The notes below the pieces were generated by a model. That model was not told where the DNA came from. It made no database searches and saw nothing but the letters and a program-made list of their open reading frames with translations. From Candidatus Bathyarchaeota archaeon (GTDB lineage: Archaea; Thermoproteota; Bathyarchaeia; TCS64): a DNA stretch of 26,083 bases. The stretch lies in the NCBI GenBank assembly GCA_030602935.1, contig JAUVYU010000001.1, positions 1 through 26,083 on the forward strand, written 5' to 3'. Positions 1-8,228 of this stretch are shown here, piece by piece; the first letter of the stretch is position 1, and the number at the start of each line of letters is the position of its first letter. Position numbers and translations under genes: made by a program.

Positions 1-2
1 CA

Positions 3-674
3 AACGGGAGACTCATCTTTGGGATCGGCGCAGGATGGCACGAAGGAGAGTTCAAAGCGTTCATGGGAAGGTATCCGCCGGCGAAAGAACGTCTACAAGG
101 TCTGGAGGAGTCGGTGGAGATATGCCAGAGGATGTTCAAGGAGGAGATATCCAGCTACAAGGGGAAACTGTATCAAGTTGAGAACGTGCTCAACTCTCCT
201 CCTCCCATACAGAAACACATTCCCATTATGATTGGGGGTGGAGGGGAGAGGCGGACGTTGAAGATTGTTGCCAAGCATGGTGATATCAGCCATTTCTTCC
301 CTTGGGGAGGAGTTGAGTATGTTGAGACGAAGCTGGCAGCGCTTCAGCGTCATTGTAAGGCTGTTGGGAGAGACTTCGAGGAAATCAGGAAAGGTGTGGG
401 TTTCGTCATTATGTTAGGGAGCAGTGAAGACGAGATAGAGGGTAAAATGAAGAAGATGGCTGAAATAATGGGTTTGTCAATGGAGGATGCTATGGAGGCG
501 ATTAGGAATTATAGGGCGCATGTCATGATCAGTGGCTCAGTGGATGATGTTGCCAAGGAACTGAGTAACTACAGAGACTTGGGGCTGGGATTGTATACTT
601 TTAGTGTTTTGCCTTCTCCAACTGATGAAGATATTCATTTACTGTATGATGAAGTGATGCCTGTTCTGTGCTGA
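3..674 (+). CDS. LLM-class (luciferase-like, possibly F420-dependent) oxidoreductase, 5'-truncated by the window edge
   Basis: Frame is open from nt 3: NGRLIFGIGAGWHEGEF ... PPPIQKHIPIMIGGGGERRTLKIVAKHGD, typical LLM motifs. The ORF-track ATG at 63 is internal. Confidence 0.9.
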   Translation, partial: NGRLIFGIGAGWHEGEFKAFMGRYPPAKERLQGLEESVEICQRMFKEEISSYKGKLYQVENVLNSPPPIQKHIPIMIGGGGERRTLKIVAKHGDISHFFPWGGVEYVETKLAALQRHCKAVGRDFEEIRKGVGFVIMLGSSEDEIEGKMKKMAEIMGLSMEDAMEAIRNYRAHVMISGSVDDVAKELSNYRDLGLGLYTFSVLPSPTDEDIHLLYDEVMPVLC

Positions 675-735
675 CCCCAGAATGCACGCACCTACTAGAT
701 GACGATCTTACTACTGATCCGGCACGGGCTTCCAA

Positions 736-1971
736 TCAATACGTGAGCGTCCCATATGGCTTCAGCTTAATCCCATGGCGAGAGAGCACCTCGTCACGAA
801 AGTCAATCACCCGCCGCACGTAGCCCCTCTTCTCAAGATACGGCCCAGGGTAGAATGAACGCTTGAAGCCATAGATCAGGAGGTCGCCTATCTCCTTCGG
901 CCCCAGGTCGAAGGCCTGCACCGCCAGCTCCACCTCCCGGCTCACAGTGGTACGCGACATAAGACGGTTATCCGTGCAGAGCGTCACCGAGAGACGGTTC
1001 TCCAGCATCTTCTTGAACGGATGGTCCTGGATCGACTTGAAGCTAGGCGTCGTCTGGAGGTTCGACGTGAGGCATACCTCCAACGTGATGCGCCTGTCGG
1101 CGATGTACTGCACGAGCTGATCCACGTATCTGTCCCTGTCGCCGATCTTGGGATCCCTGATCTGGTCAGTGTTGAACATCCAGGTCCCATGCCCGATACG
1201 GTCAGCATGACACTCCGTTATCGCCTGGAAGATGGACTCAGGACCATAGTCCTCCCCCGCATGGACAGTCTTCCCGAGGAAGGCCTCATGGGCCAGCTGA
1301 TACGCCTCAGCGTGATCCTCCGCCGGGTAGCCATGCTCCTGCCCAGCCAGGTCGATCCCCACAACGGGGAGACCCAGCTCGTCACGCGCCCGTATACTCG
1401 CGCGCACCAGGGACTCGCTGGCGAGGCCAAATATCCTGTCTTCGGGGAGGTCGAAAGACTCGTACATCTCCGCAAAGGTGTGAGAGAAGGAGGGCGAAAA
1501 GTAGCGCATGGCGCAGACGATTATCCCCGCCTGGAAGGGAGGCTCCACCCCGTCCCGGATCTCCGGACGACCGTTGAACTCCCCCTTGGCTCGCTCCATC
1601 CCCTTCGAGACAGCGGAGAGCGTAGACGACACCGTGAGCCCCTCACTCGCATGCAGCTGAGGCGAGAAACGGATCTCGACGTACCGGACCCCCTCCCCCT
1701 GACAGTCGAGGCACAGCTCGTACGCTGCGCGCTCAAGCGCCTTCGAGTCCTGGAGGACAGCAGTCGTATACTCGAACCCTCGGAGATACTCCTCGAGGTT
1801 CCTGTAACGCTCCTTGAAGATCGCCTTCCTCAGACCCTCCTTCGTATCCGCAGGGAGCTTCACCCCCCGCTCCTCCGCCATCTCGATGAGGGACTCCTCC
1901 CGGAGCGACCCCCCCAGATGGACATGGAGGTCGCTCTTAGGGAGCTCACGGATAAGTTCACGCGTAGACAT
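736..1971 (-). CDS. add: Adenosine deaminase family amidohydrolase
   Basis: LPKSDLHVHL, YVEIRFSP, GIDLAG, TVHAGE, RIGHG, EVCLTSN and CTDN motifs. Start taken at MSTRELI (1971); alternative start 1992. Confidence 0.9.
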   Translation of the reverse strand: MSTRELIRELPKSDLHVHLGGSLREESLIEMAEERGVKLPADTKEGLRKAIFKERYRNLEEYLRGFEYTTAVLQDSKALERAAYELCLDCQGEGVRYVEIRFSPQLHASEGLTVSSTLSAVSKGMERAKGEFNGRPEIRDGVEPPFQAGIIVCAMRYFSPSFSHTFAEMYESFDLPEDRIFGLASESLVRASIRARDELGLPVVGIDLAGQEHGYPAEDHAEAYQLAHEAFLGKTVHAGEDYGPESIFQAITECHADRIGHGTWMFNTDQIRDPKIGDRDRYVDQLVQYIADRRITLEVCLTSNLQTTPSFKSIQDHPFKKMLENRLSVTLCTDNRLMSRTTVSREVELAVQAFDLGPKEIGDLLIYGFKRSFYPGPYLEKRGYVRRVIDFRDEVLSRHGIKLKPYGTLTY

Positions 1972-2070
1972 ATGACGCCACCTTCCACCCATATCGGTGA
2001 AATCTGTGTTACCTCGCGGAAGGTCTCAAGAATATTTAAACAGTTATAACGCGTCTCCGGCGGGGCTGGG

Positions 2071-2373
2071 TCACCAGCGGCTCATCAGTATCTCGTCGAG
2101 CTCCAGGAGCGGCTTCGCCCCCCTGAAGTATCCGATGACGTTATCCCCCTTCCTAGTGAGCTCGTAGCGTCTGCTCGTCCTCCTGTCCCGCCTCTTCTCC
2201 TCACTCGTGAGGATATCCGCAACCAATCCCTGGGAGACCATGTTCTCAAGGACCCGCTTCAGGGGCTTCCACGAGAGGTTGGCCTCATACATAATATTGG
2301 TGGGCTTCTGCGTCCCATCCTTGATCACGCTGAGGACATCAAGGTAGATCTGGAGCTTCGATCTACGGGCCAT
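2071..2373 (-). CDS. Small archaeal winged helix-turn-helix regulator
   Basis: RRSKLQIYLDVL...KPTNIMYEANLSWKPLKRVL...YELTRKG is a common archaeal wHTH pattern. Confidence 0.85.
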   Translation of the reverse strand: MARRSKLQIYLDVLSVIKDGTQKPTNIMYEANLSWKPLKRVLENMVSQGLVADILTSEEKRRDRRTSRRYELTRKGDNVIGYFRGAKPLLELDEILMSRW

Positions 2374-2397
2374 GGGAGGAAGAGATAACCCGCAATG

Positions 2398-2405
2398 ATA
2401 TTTAA
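2398..2405 (-). promoter_or_regulatory. TATA box of the wHTH gene (probably leaderless)
   Basis: TTAAATAT on the minus strand, 24 nt upstream of the ATG at 2373. Confidence 0.55.
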
Positions 2406-2454
2406 CATGTTTTGTCCGAAAAAATGAGATAAAAGAAAGCAGCGGCTCTACAGG

Positions 2455-3756
2455 TCATATCAGGTGCAGCTTCGTCTGCCTCCCCGCTAGGAACCGCAGC
2501 TTACCCCCCGTGAACACCGCGTCCTCCTCCAGGGCCATCCGCACCTCCATGCCCCCCCACTCAGGGACTATAGACTTTACGTTGAGCTCGATGGAGTGGC
2601 AGGTGTCCTCGAAGAGCTCGTAGTCCCCCTTCCCGGGGACGCCCTCCTGGTGGTCCCAGAGGCCAATAGTCGGCCCCGCAGCGTGACCGTGGAACCCGAT
2701 GGGATGGGTGTAGATGCTGGCGTTCAGCCCCTCGGACTTGGCCTTCTCCAACGCCATCTTCAGGATCTCGTTCCCGGTCCTGCCCGCCGCCATCGCCTCG
2801 GCGTGGATGTCCTGCAGCCTGTTCCCCTCCGCCATGGCCTTCCTCAGCCCCTCAGGGGCATCGACCTCCCCCGGCTTAAGCACGTAAGCGTTCTCCTGAA
2901 CGTCGGTGCAGAGGCCCAGGTACTTGAAGCCTATGTCGCAGTGGAGCAGGTCGCCGTGCTTGATCACCTTCCTGCTCTTCTCGTCGCGGCGTCCAGGCAG
3001 ACCCGCCTCGATGTCTGGGGCCCGTATGCTCACGCTGGGCTGGAACCAGGCTATGAGGCCCAAGTCCCTGATCTTCTGCCTCATCCACCAGGCCACATCA
3101 TCCGACGTGGTCACCCCGGGGGTGATCACCCGGGTCGAGAAGGCCTCGGCGATGATGGCGTGATCGATCTCCACGAGGGTCTCGTAGACCGCGATCTCCC
3201 CGGGTATCCTCCGCTCCAGCCAGCCCACCGCAAGCCTCTCGGCGCCCCTCACCCGGACCATGTACTCCTCCCCCAGCGCCTCCTCCAGGAGCAGGTACTC
3301 GCCGTGGGTGAGGCCGTCACCGTAGTTGGTGGTCTCGGAGACGTTCACCCCTATGACCTTCGGGTCCCGCTCCCTGACGATCCTCCCGAGGCACTCGTAC
3401 TGCCCCTCCTCGTCCGGGTTCCAGACCCCCTCGTAGAAGCCCTTGAAGCCCATCTTGTAGACCATCAGCCTCTCGAGGCTCCCGTCATCCTTCTTGTGGA
3501 ACAGCAGGATGGTGCGCCGCCTGGCATAGAGGGCAGGCTCCGGCACAAGGCTGAAGTAGACGGGGTCCTCGTTCGCCTCCCTCGCCACGATTATCCACAT
3601 GTCGAAGCCCTCCCGCTCCATGATCTCCGGGAGCACCGTCTCCAGCCGCTCCTTCAGCCAGGCGTTCTGGACCTCAGCCCTCTGCCTCAACAGCAGGATC
3701 TTGCCCTTGTAATCATCCGCAGAGACGACCCCTGAGGGCTTGATGTAGTCAACCAT
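2455..3756 (-). CDS. M24 family metallopeptidase (Xaa-Pro aminopeptidase-like)
   Basis: Pita-bread fold metal ligands: HCDIG, TDVQEN, THPIGFHGH, SIELN, LEED. Confidence 0.9.
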   Translation of the reverse strand: MVDYIKPSGVVSADDYKGKILLLRQRAEVQNAWLKERLETVLPEIMEREGFDMWIIVAREANEDPVYFSLVPEPALYARRRTILLFHKKDDGSLERLMVYKMGFKGFYEGVWNPDEEGQYECLGRIVRERDPKVIGVNVSETTNYGDGLTHGEYLLLEEALGEEYMVRVRGAERLAVGWLERRIPGEIAVYETLVEIDHAIIAEAFSTRVITPGVTTSDDVAWWMRQKIRDLGLIAWFQPSVSIRAPDIEAGLPGRRDEKSRKVIKHGDLLHCDIGFKYLGLCTDVQENAYVLKPGEVDAPEGLRKAMAEGNRLQDIHAEAMAAGRTGNEILKMALEKAKSEGLNASIYTHPIGFHGHAAGPTIGLWDHQEGVPGKGDYELFEDTCHSIELNVKSIVPEWGGMEVRMALEEDAVFTGGKLRFLAGRQTKLHLI

Positions 3757-3860
3757 CTCAAAACCACCAATGAACCATCGTATGACCGCATCCCAACTTA
3801 ATGCCTTCGATAAGATAGGGGCAACACCTTTTCAAGCCGAGGCGAATACCGATAACGGAC

Positions 3861-4985
3861 ATGCCCCGACTCGAACACGAGAGCACAAATCCCCTTCTAA
3901 TCCCATGGTACAGAGGATTAGAGGACCCGGAGGAAGCGCAGCTCCAGACCCTCAACGAGCTGCTGAAGGGCTACGCGAAGACAGTCTACGGCAGGGAGCA
4001 CGGCGCTGGCTCGATAGGTGGCCTTGACGAGTACAGGGAGCGGTTCCCCAGGCTGGGCTACCCGGAGCTCAAGACGCTCCTGGAGCCGGTTAAGAGGGGT
4101 GATCACGCCTCCTTTCTCCCGGAGCCCCCCGAGACCTGGGTGATGATCCGAGGGACGACGGGGACCTCCAAGATACTCCCCGCGACTAGGACCCACCTGC
4201 AGCAGATACTGAGCTGCGGGGCGAGGGCCCTCATCAACTACGTCGATAGGAGGGGCAACACCCCCTTGGGGAAGATACTCAACCTCAGCATGCCCTCCAG
4301 GGTCGCAACCATACAGGTCGAGGACGGGGAGCTCCAATACGGGTACAGCTCGGGCACCTACTCCCGGATCTTCCCCTCCCTGGGGGACTCCATCCTCATC
4401 CCAGGGCAGGCGGAGATCGACAGCCTTGAGACAGGGATGACGAGGGGGAACTGGGACAAGCGGTTCGAGCTGATCTACCGTCGAGCCCTCGACGAGGACG
4501 TATCGGCTGCCATAGGCGTCGCGCCCGTGATCCTCTCCTTCGCGAGGTACCTCAAGAGGGAGCACGGGAAGAGGCCGGCCGACCTTTGGGACATGGACGC
4601 GGTCATCTGCACCAGCGTCAGGAAGATCCAGACCAGGTACGCCCCCCTCTTCAGGAAGCACTATGGGGGCGTCTCGACGGTGGAGATGTACAGCGCCACA
4701 GAGGGGGTCTTCGCCCAGCAGCTCGATGACCTCCCCTACGTCTCCCCCAACTACGACGCGTATCTTTTCGAGGTTGAGACCGGCAGTGGCACTCGGATGC
4801 TTCATGAGCTCAGGAGGGGCGAGTGGGGGAGGCTCATAGTCTCGACATGCATGTTCCCCCGGTACGATATAGGGGACATGATTGAGGCCATGGGGAAGAA
4901 CTACTTCAGGGTCTTCGGCAGGGCCAGGTTCGCCCATGTCCTAGAGCACAGGCTCTACAGGCTCCTGTTCCGATGGTTTCTCTAG
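3861..4985 (+). CDS. GH3 auxin-responsive-promoter family adenylate-forming protein (short form)
   Basis: RGTTGTSKILP (P-loop-like), EMYSATEG and RYDIGD motifs of GH3/ANL adenylating enzymes. Start codon uncertain. Confidence 0.8.
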   Translation: MPRLEHESTNPLLIPWYRGLEDPEEAQLQTLNELLKGYAKTVYGREHGAGSIGGLDEYRERFPRLGYPELKTLLEPVKRGDHASFLPEPPETWVMIRGTTGTSKILPATRTHLQQILSCGARALINYVDRRGNTPLGKILNLSMPSRVATIQVEDGELQYGYSSGTYSRIFPSLGDSILIPGQAEIDSLETGMTRGNWDKRFELIYRRALDEDVSAAIGVAPVILSFARYLKREHGKRPADLWDMDAVICTSVRKIQTRYAPLFRKHYGGVSTVEMYSATEGVFAQQLDDLPYVSPNYDAYLFEVETGSGTRMLHELRRGEWGRLIVSTCMFPRYDIGDMIEAMGKNYFRVFGRARFAHVLEHRLYRLLFRWFL

Positions 4986-5089
4986 AGTAGTAAGGGAGTT
5001 TCTCCGTTCAGTCACACCATGATGTAGAACTGCGCTACATACACATCGATATATCGACTTTGTGGGATGCTTCTCCGGGGATACGAAAC

Positions 5090-5641
5090 ATGGTTAGAAG
5101 TATTAAACAGAGAGCCCTAAGCGAGGTCGTGTCAACACTCATACTGCTCGTCGTAGCGGTATTGCTGGCAGCCGTAGCCACATACTACGCAACAAACATC
5201 ACAATGACGAGGACCCAGAACGAGGAGGTCTCGTTCAGCAAGGCCCACATCTGGGTTAACAGCACCGGCGCAGTCGGCGCCTTCAAGCTGTCGAACCTGG
5301 GCGGGAAGGACATTCTCATCGACAAGATCGCCGTCAGAGGCGTCGAGGAGGCGTGGGCAGACGTGTTCTACTTCAGGGTGCCCTCAGGATCCTCAGTGGA
5401 TGAGGACCTGAACGTCACAAGCTACGCCAACCTAGCAGGAAGCCCGACGATCGATGGTCGCGTATACACCGCTGCCTCAGCGGACCTGCCACTACCGAGC
5501 GGCGCCGAGCTCCTCGTGTACATAGCCGGCCCAGACAACGTTCAGCTTGACGACATAGGCACCGCGATAAGTATATCGGTGTACACGAACAACGCCAACT
5601 TCATTACCGAAGTGAACGTGGAGTCCGCGACAACGAATTAA
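5090..5641 (+). CDS. Archaeal type IV pilin/archaellin-like protein
   Basis: Class III signal peptide MVRSIKQRA|LSEVVSTLILLVVAVLLAAVATYY followed by a beta-rich, S/T/N-rich domain. ATG at 5090. Confidence 0.85.
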   Translation: MVRSIKQRALSEVVSTLILLVVAVLLAAVATYYATNITMTRTQNEEVSFSKAHIWVNSTGAVGAFKLSNLGGKDILIDKIAVRGVEEAWADVFYFRVPSGSSVDEDLNVTSYANLAGSPTIDGRVYTAASADLPLPSGAELLVYIAGPDNVQLDDIGTAISISVYTNNANFITEVNVESATTN

Positions 5642-5675
5642 GGCTGATCTGTAAAGAAGAACTTAGGTACCACGG

Positions 5676-5699
5676 GGACCTCTCGAGGTCCATTTTCTC
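5676..5699 (+). terminator. Possible terminator after the pilin gene
   Basis: GGACCT-ctcg-AGGTCC hairpin followed by attttctct. Confidence 0.4.
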
Positions 5700-5766
5700 T
5701 ATATCCATAGATCCCAGTTTTTATTGTGTAATCCAGTCGATTTTTACGTGTGTTTTGGGTTCACGA

Positions 5767-5792
5767 GTGGACCGGAAGGTGTTTGAACCTAT
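5767..5792 (-). repeat. Degenerate direct repeat of the tRNA-Ala 3' end (att-like)
   Basis: gtggaccggaaggtgtttgaacctat matches tRNA nt 7354-7379 (gtggaccgggggggaattgaacccac) at 19/26 without gaps, including a perfect 9-mer, in the same orientation. Confidence 0.6.
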
Positions 5793-5907
5793 TAATGGGT
5801 AAATATGTTCTGGGAGTACGCGTATATACAGCGCTGGCGCTCATAACGGCTTAAGATTTGTGGGGAGTGTAGCTGGCCCTGGAGCAAAGGCGCGCGCACT
5901 CGTTAAC

Positions 5908-6792
5908 TTAGCCAATTGTCTCAATTGGCTGCCATTTCCACTTCTCACCCTTCTGGACTACGTGACCCAAGCCTGGAAAAGGAAAGTGAAAGGCATGCAC
6001 CAAGGCCTTCTCAACCGCAGCCCTACTAAGAAGCCGACGCCTAGTGGCTACGACCTGTTCGTGAACGAGGTCGACAGACGCACACCAGCCCGGCTGCTCC
6101 ACATGAATCGGATGGAGAACCACATCTGATACGACAAGCAGTTGGTCGTTCCCCGATGAGATAGCGAGCGCCATGTGACCGGGAGTGTGACCCTGCGCTT
6201 CAATGGATCGGATACCGGGCACGATCTCCATTTCATAGTCAACGAGGTCTAGCTGATGTCTGATGGGCGGAATGTTTTTACGTGCGAACATGAGGAGGAC
6301 TTCTTTGACGTGTTCATCAAGCATTATTTCTGCCTGCTCTGATGTCCAGAAATCCCACTCGCCCTTCCCCATGAAGAAGCGGGCGTTGGGAAAAACTGGT
6401 CTGCCTTCATCATCGGTGTTCCCGCCGATATGGTCTGGATGACCGTGCGTGATGATGACGGTGTCAATATCTTCGGGCGTAATCCCCTCAGCCTGCAGGC
6501 TCTGAAGAAGTTTTCCGGTGTTTTGGTCTAGGCCGCCTGAACCCGTATCTACTAGTACCAGATGTTTACCTGTGTTGACAACCAGACAGATGTATGGGCT
6601 AACCCATTCCACCCATTGTTCTGGTTGAATGTCGTGTTCGCGAAGCGCTTGCTCAAGATGTTCTCTTGGCGCGTTGGCAAATAGAAAGGTGGCGGGTGGT
6701 GGAAAGGTTGGGGGTGCGTACGTGTGGGTGCCGTCGCTGACAGCTATGCATTCGAAAGTTCCTACTTTGAACCGATACCTGCCAGTGCTCAT
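5908..6792 (-). CDS. MBL-fold metallo-hydrolase
   Basis: LVLVDTG, THGHPDHIGG (HxHxDH), GHTPGH and SDVVLH motifs. Start taken at MSTGRY (6792) because it fits the promoter. Confidence 0.9.
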   Translation of the reverse strand: MSTGRYRFKVGTFECIAVSDGTHTYAPPTFPPPATFLFANAPREHLEQALREHDIQPEQWVEWVSPYICLVVNTGKHLVLVDTGSGGLDQNTGKLLQSLQAEGITPEDIDTVIITHGHPDHIGGNTDDEGRPVFPNARFFMGKGEWDFWTSEQAEIMLDEHVKEVLLMFARKNIPPIRHQLDLVDYEMEIVPGIRSIEAQGHTPGHMALAISSGNDQLLVVSDVVLHPIHVEQPGWCASVDLVHEQVVATRRRLLSRAAVEKALVHAFHFPFPGLGHVVQKGEKWKWQPIETIG

Positions 6793-6813
6793 GGTTTGCA
6801 CGAAATGCGCCTT

Positions 6814-6827
6814 CAATATAAGCTTTT
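6814..6827 (-). promoter_or_regulatory. BRE-TATA of the MBL gene
   Basis: AAAAGC-TTATATTG on the minus strand, 21 nt before the ATG at 6792. Confidence 0.5.
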
Positions 6828-6858
6828 GCGCGCGCGTCCCAGTTATCTGGAATATCCC

Positions 6859-7179
6859 TTAGTTGGGTAGCGGCTCCCAGTCTGCGCGGGCGTTCCATAA
6901 GATGCGGATATCCAGGTTCTTGACGAGACGACCTAATTTTATCATTTTTCTCTGGTGCTCCTCATCGCTCCACAGTTTTGAGAACTCCTCCATGCTCTCA
7001 TACTCTTCGATCAAGACCATGTGTCCCGTACCATCGGACCAACCACCAGAATAGACCCTTTTGACTTCTAATGCTTCCCTGCGAGCGCGAAAAGGATATG
7101 TCCCTATGTAATCGAAGTATTTCTTTAGCCTATCCTCGTCCTTGAAGTTGTCCCATTCCATTATGACCAGTGTCTTCAC
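6859..7179 (-). CDS. Hypothetical small protein, possibly dimeric alpha/beta-barrel fold
   Basis: 106-aa ORF with a beta-alpha-beta-beta-alpha pattern (GGWSDGTGHMVLIEEYESMEEFSKLWSD). Fold call is inference. Confidence 0.7.
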   Translation of the reverse strand: MKTLVIMEWDNFKDEDRLKKYFDYIGTYPFRARREALEVKRVYSGGWSDGTGHMVLIEEYESMEEFSKLWSDEEHQRKMIKLGRLVKNLDIRILWNARADWEPLPN

Positions 7180-7220
7180 TTCGTAGCCTCTCTCTGTCTT
7201 CCCATGTCATTGATTTGGGC

Positions 7221-7314
7221 GCATCACCGCTTAACACTTACCATATAATGAAAATAATATATAGCGTAGTGCATCACAGCTTAAATGTTACGAGGGATGG
7301 CGCACATCACCGCT
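7221..7314. repeat. Three short direct repeats, CATCAC(C/A)GCT
   Basis: gcatcaccgcttaa (7221-7234), gcatcacagcttaa (7271-7284), catcaccgct (7305-7314). Confidence 0.6.
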
Positions 7315-7351
7315 ATTCTCGGTGCGCGCGCACCTTTATGGATATATAAAA

Positions 7352-7427
7352 TGGTGGACCGGGGGGGAATTGAACCCACGACCTCCTGGTTGCAAACCAG
7401 GCATTCATACCACTGAACTACCGGCCC
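7352..7427 (-). tRNA. tRNA-Ala: tRNA-Ala(UGC), intronless, CCA encoded
   Basis: GGGCCGG TA GTTC AGTGGTAT GAAT G CCTGG TT-TGC-AA CCAGG AGGTC GTGGG TTCAATT CCCCC CCGGTCC A CCA: 76-nt cloverleaf, anticodon UGC, G3:U70 alanine identity pair, A73. Confidence 0.96.
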
Positions 7428-7543
7428 ATAGAGCCCCTTCCAAAAGCCCTTCCACCTATGGAGTACAGGAGCCCAATTTGAATCTAACGCTGCCCCCAAA
7501 CCGACATATTAAATGGATGCAACAGAGAACTACCCTAATTCCC

Positions 7544-8215
7544 ATGGAGCTTGAAGCAGTAATCTTCGACCTCGACAACACACTCGTCGATTCAAGGCAC
7601 GACTACCGGGAGATGTCAAGGAGGCTGAGGGAGGTCTTCGACGAGCGCGGTCTCTGGCAGGAAGACCCGGAGAACCCCCGCAAGATCTGGCAGATCGTCA
7701 GGGGAGGCATGGAGGGCATCCGCAGCCTAGGCCTCTCCGAAGACGAAAGCAGAAAGCTGATGGACGACGTCAATGACGCACTCACAGCAGCTGAGCTTAC
7801 CGCCCTTGACACAGCGAAGCCCATGCCCCACGCCGTCGAGACCCTTGATGCACTCAAGAAGATGGGCCTCAAGGTGGGGATAGCCACACGTTCCGGGGCA
7901 GCCTACGCAAGACGCTGCATCGAGAAGACAGGCCTCGCTCCCTTCGTGGATGCAATGCTTGCCAGGGATGAGGTGGACAACCCCAAGCCCAGCCCCGACC
8001 ACCTCATCCAGGTAGTCGACATGCTTGAAGCAACACTCGAAAAGGTCATTTACATCGGCGACTCCACAACAGATCTGACTACAGCTAGGGCTGCAGGGAT
8101 CACCTTCCTGGGTTTCTGGTGGAACGACGAGCGTGGCACAAGGATGAAAGAGGCAGGATGTCAAGATTTCGTACGCGACCTCAAGGAAATCTTAGACTTT
8201 ATAGAAGAAAAATAG
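7544..8215 (+). CDS. HAD-superfamily hydrolase (phosphoglycolate phosphatase-like)
   Basis: FDLDNTLVDS (DxDxT), IATRS, KPSP, YIGDSTTD. The true start is ATG 7544; the ORF-track extension runs over the tRNA. Confidence 0.9.
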   Translation: MELEAVIFDLDNTLVDSRHDYREMSRRLREVFDERGLWQEDPENPRKIWQIVRGGMEGIRSLGLSEDESRKLMDDVNDALTAAELTALDTAKPMPHAVETLDALKKMGLKVGIATRSGAAYARRCIEKTGLAPFVDAMLARDEVDNPKPSPDHLIQVVDMLEATLEKVIYIGDSTTDLTTARAAGITFLGFWWNDERGTRMKEAGCQDFVRDLKEILDFIEEK

Positions 8216-8228
8216 AAAAAAAGAGATA

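Larger units (their letters stand above)
5767..7379. mobile_element. Decayed tRNA-Ala-integrated islet (~1.6 kb, no integrase)
   Basis: Bounded by the intact tRNA and the degenerate 3'-end copy. Visibly more AT-rich, with more A/T-ending codons than the flanks. Two cargo genes. Confidence 0.55.

Noticed and set aside
1021-3735. Long antisense ORFs (1021-2049, 2596-3735; likewise 3918-4937, 9808-10344, 12367-13023, 23220-23915)
   Set aside because: Shadow frames of GC-rich genes with clear motifs on the other strand; they have no motifs of their own.
5841-5907. attC-like ends (..TAAC...GTT..) after the MBL stop codon
   Set aside because: The inner sequence does not fold into the attC hairpin, no second site is present and there is no integron integrase.
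7322-7543. N-terminal extension of the HAD ORF (WWTGGELNPRPPGCKPG)
   Set aside because: It is the antisense translation of the tRNA gene; the HAD motif begins at ATG 7544.
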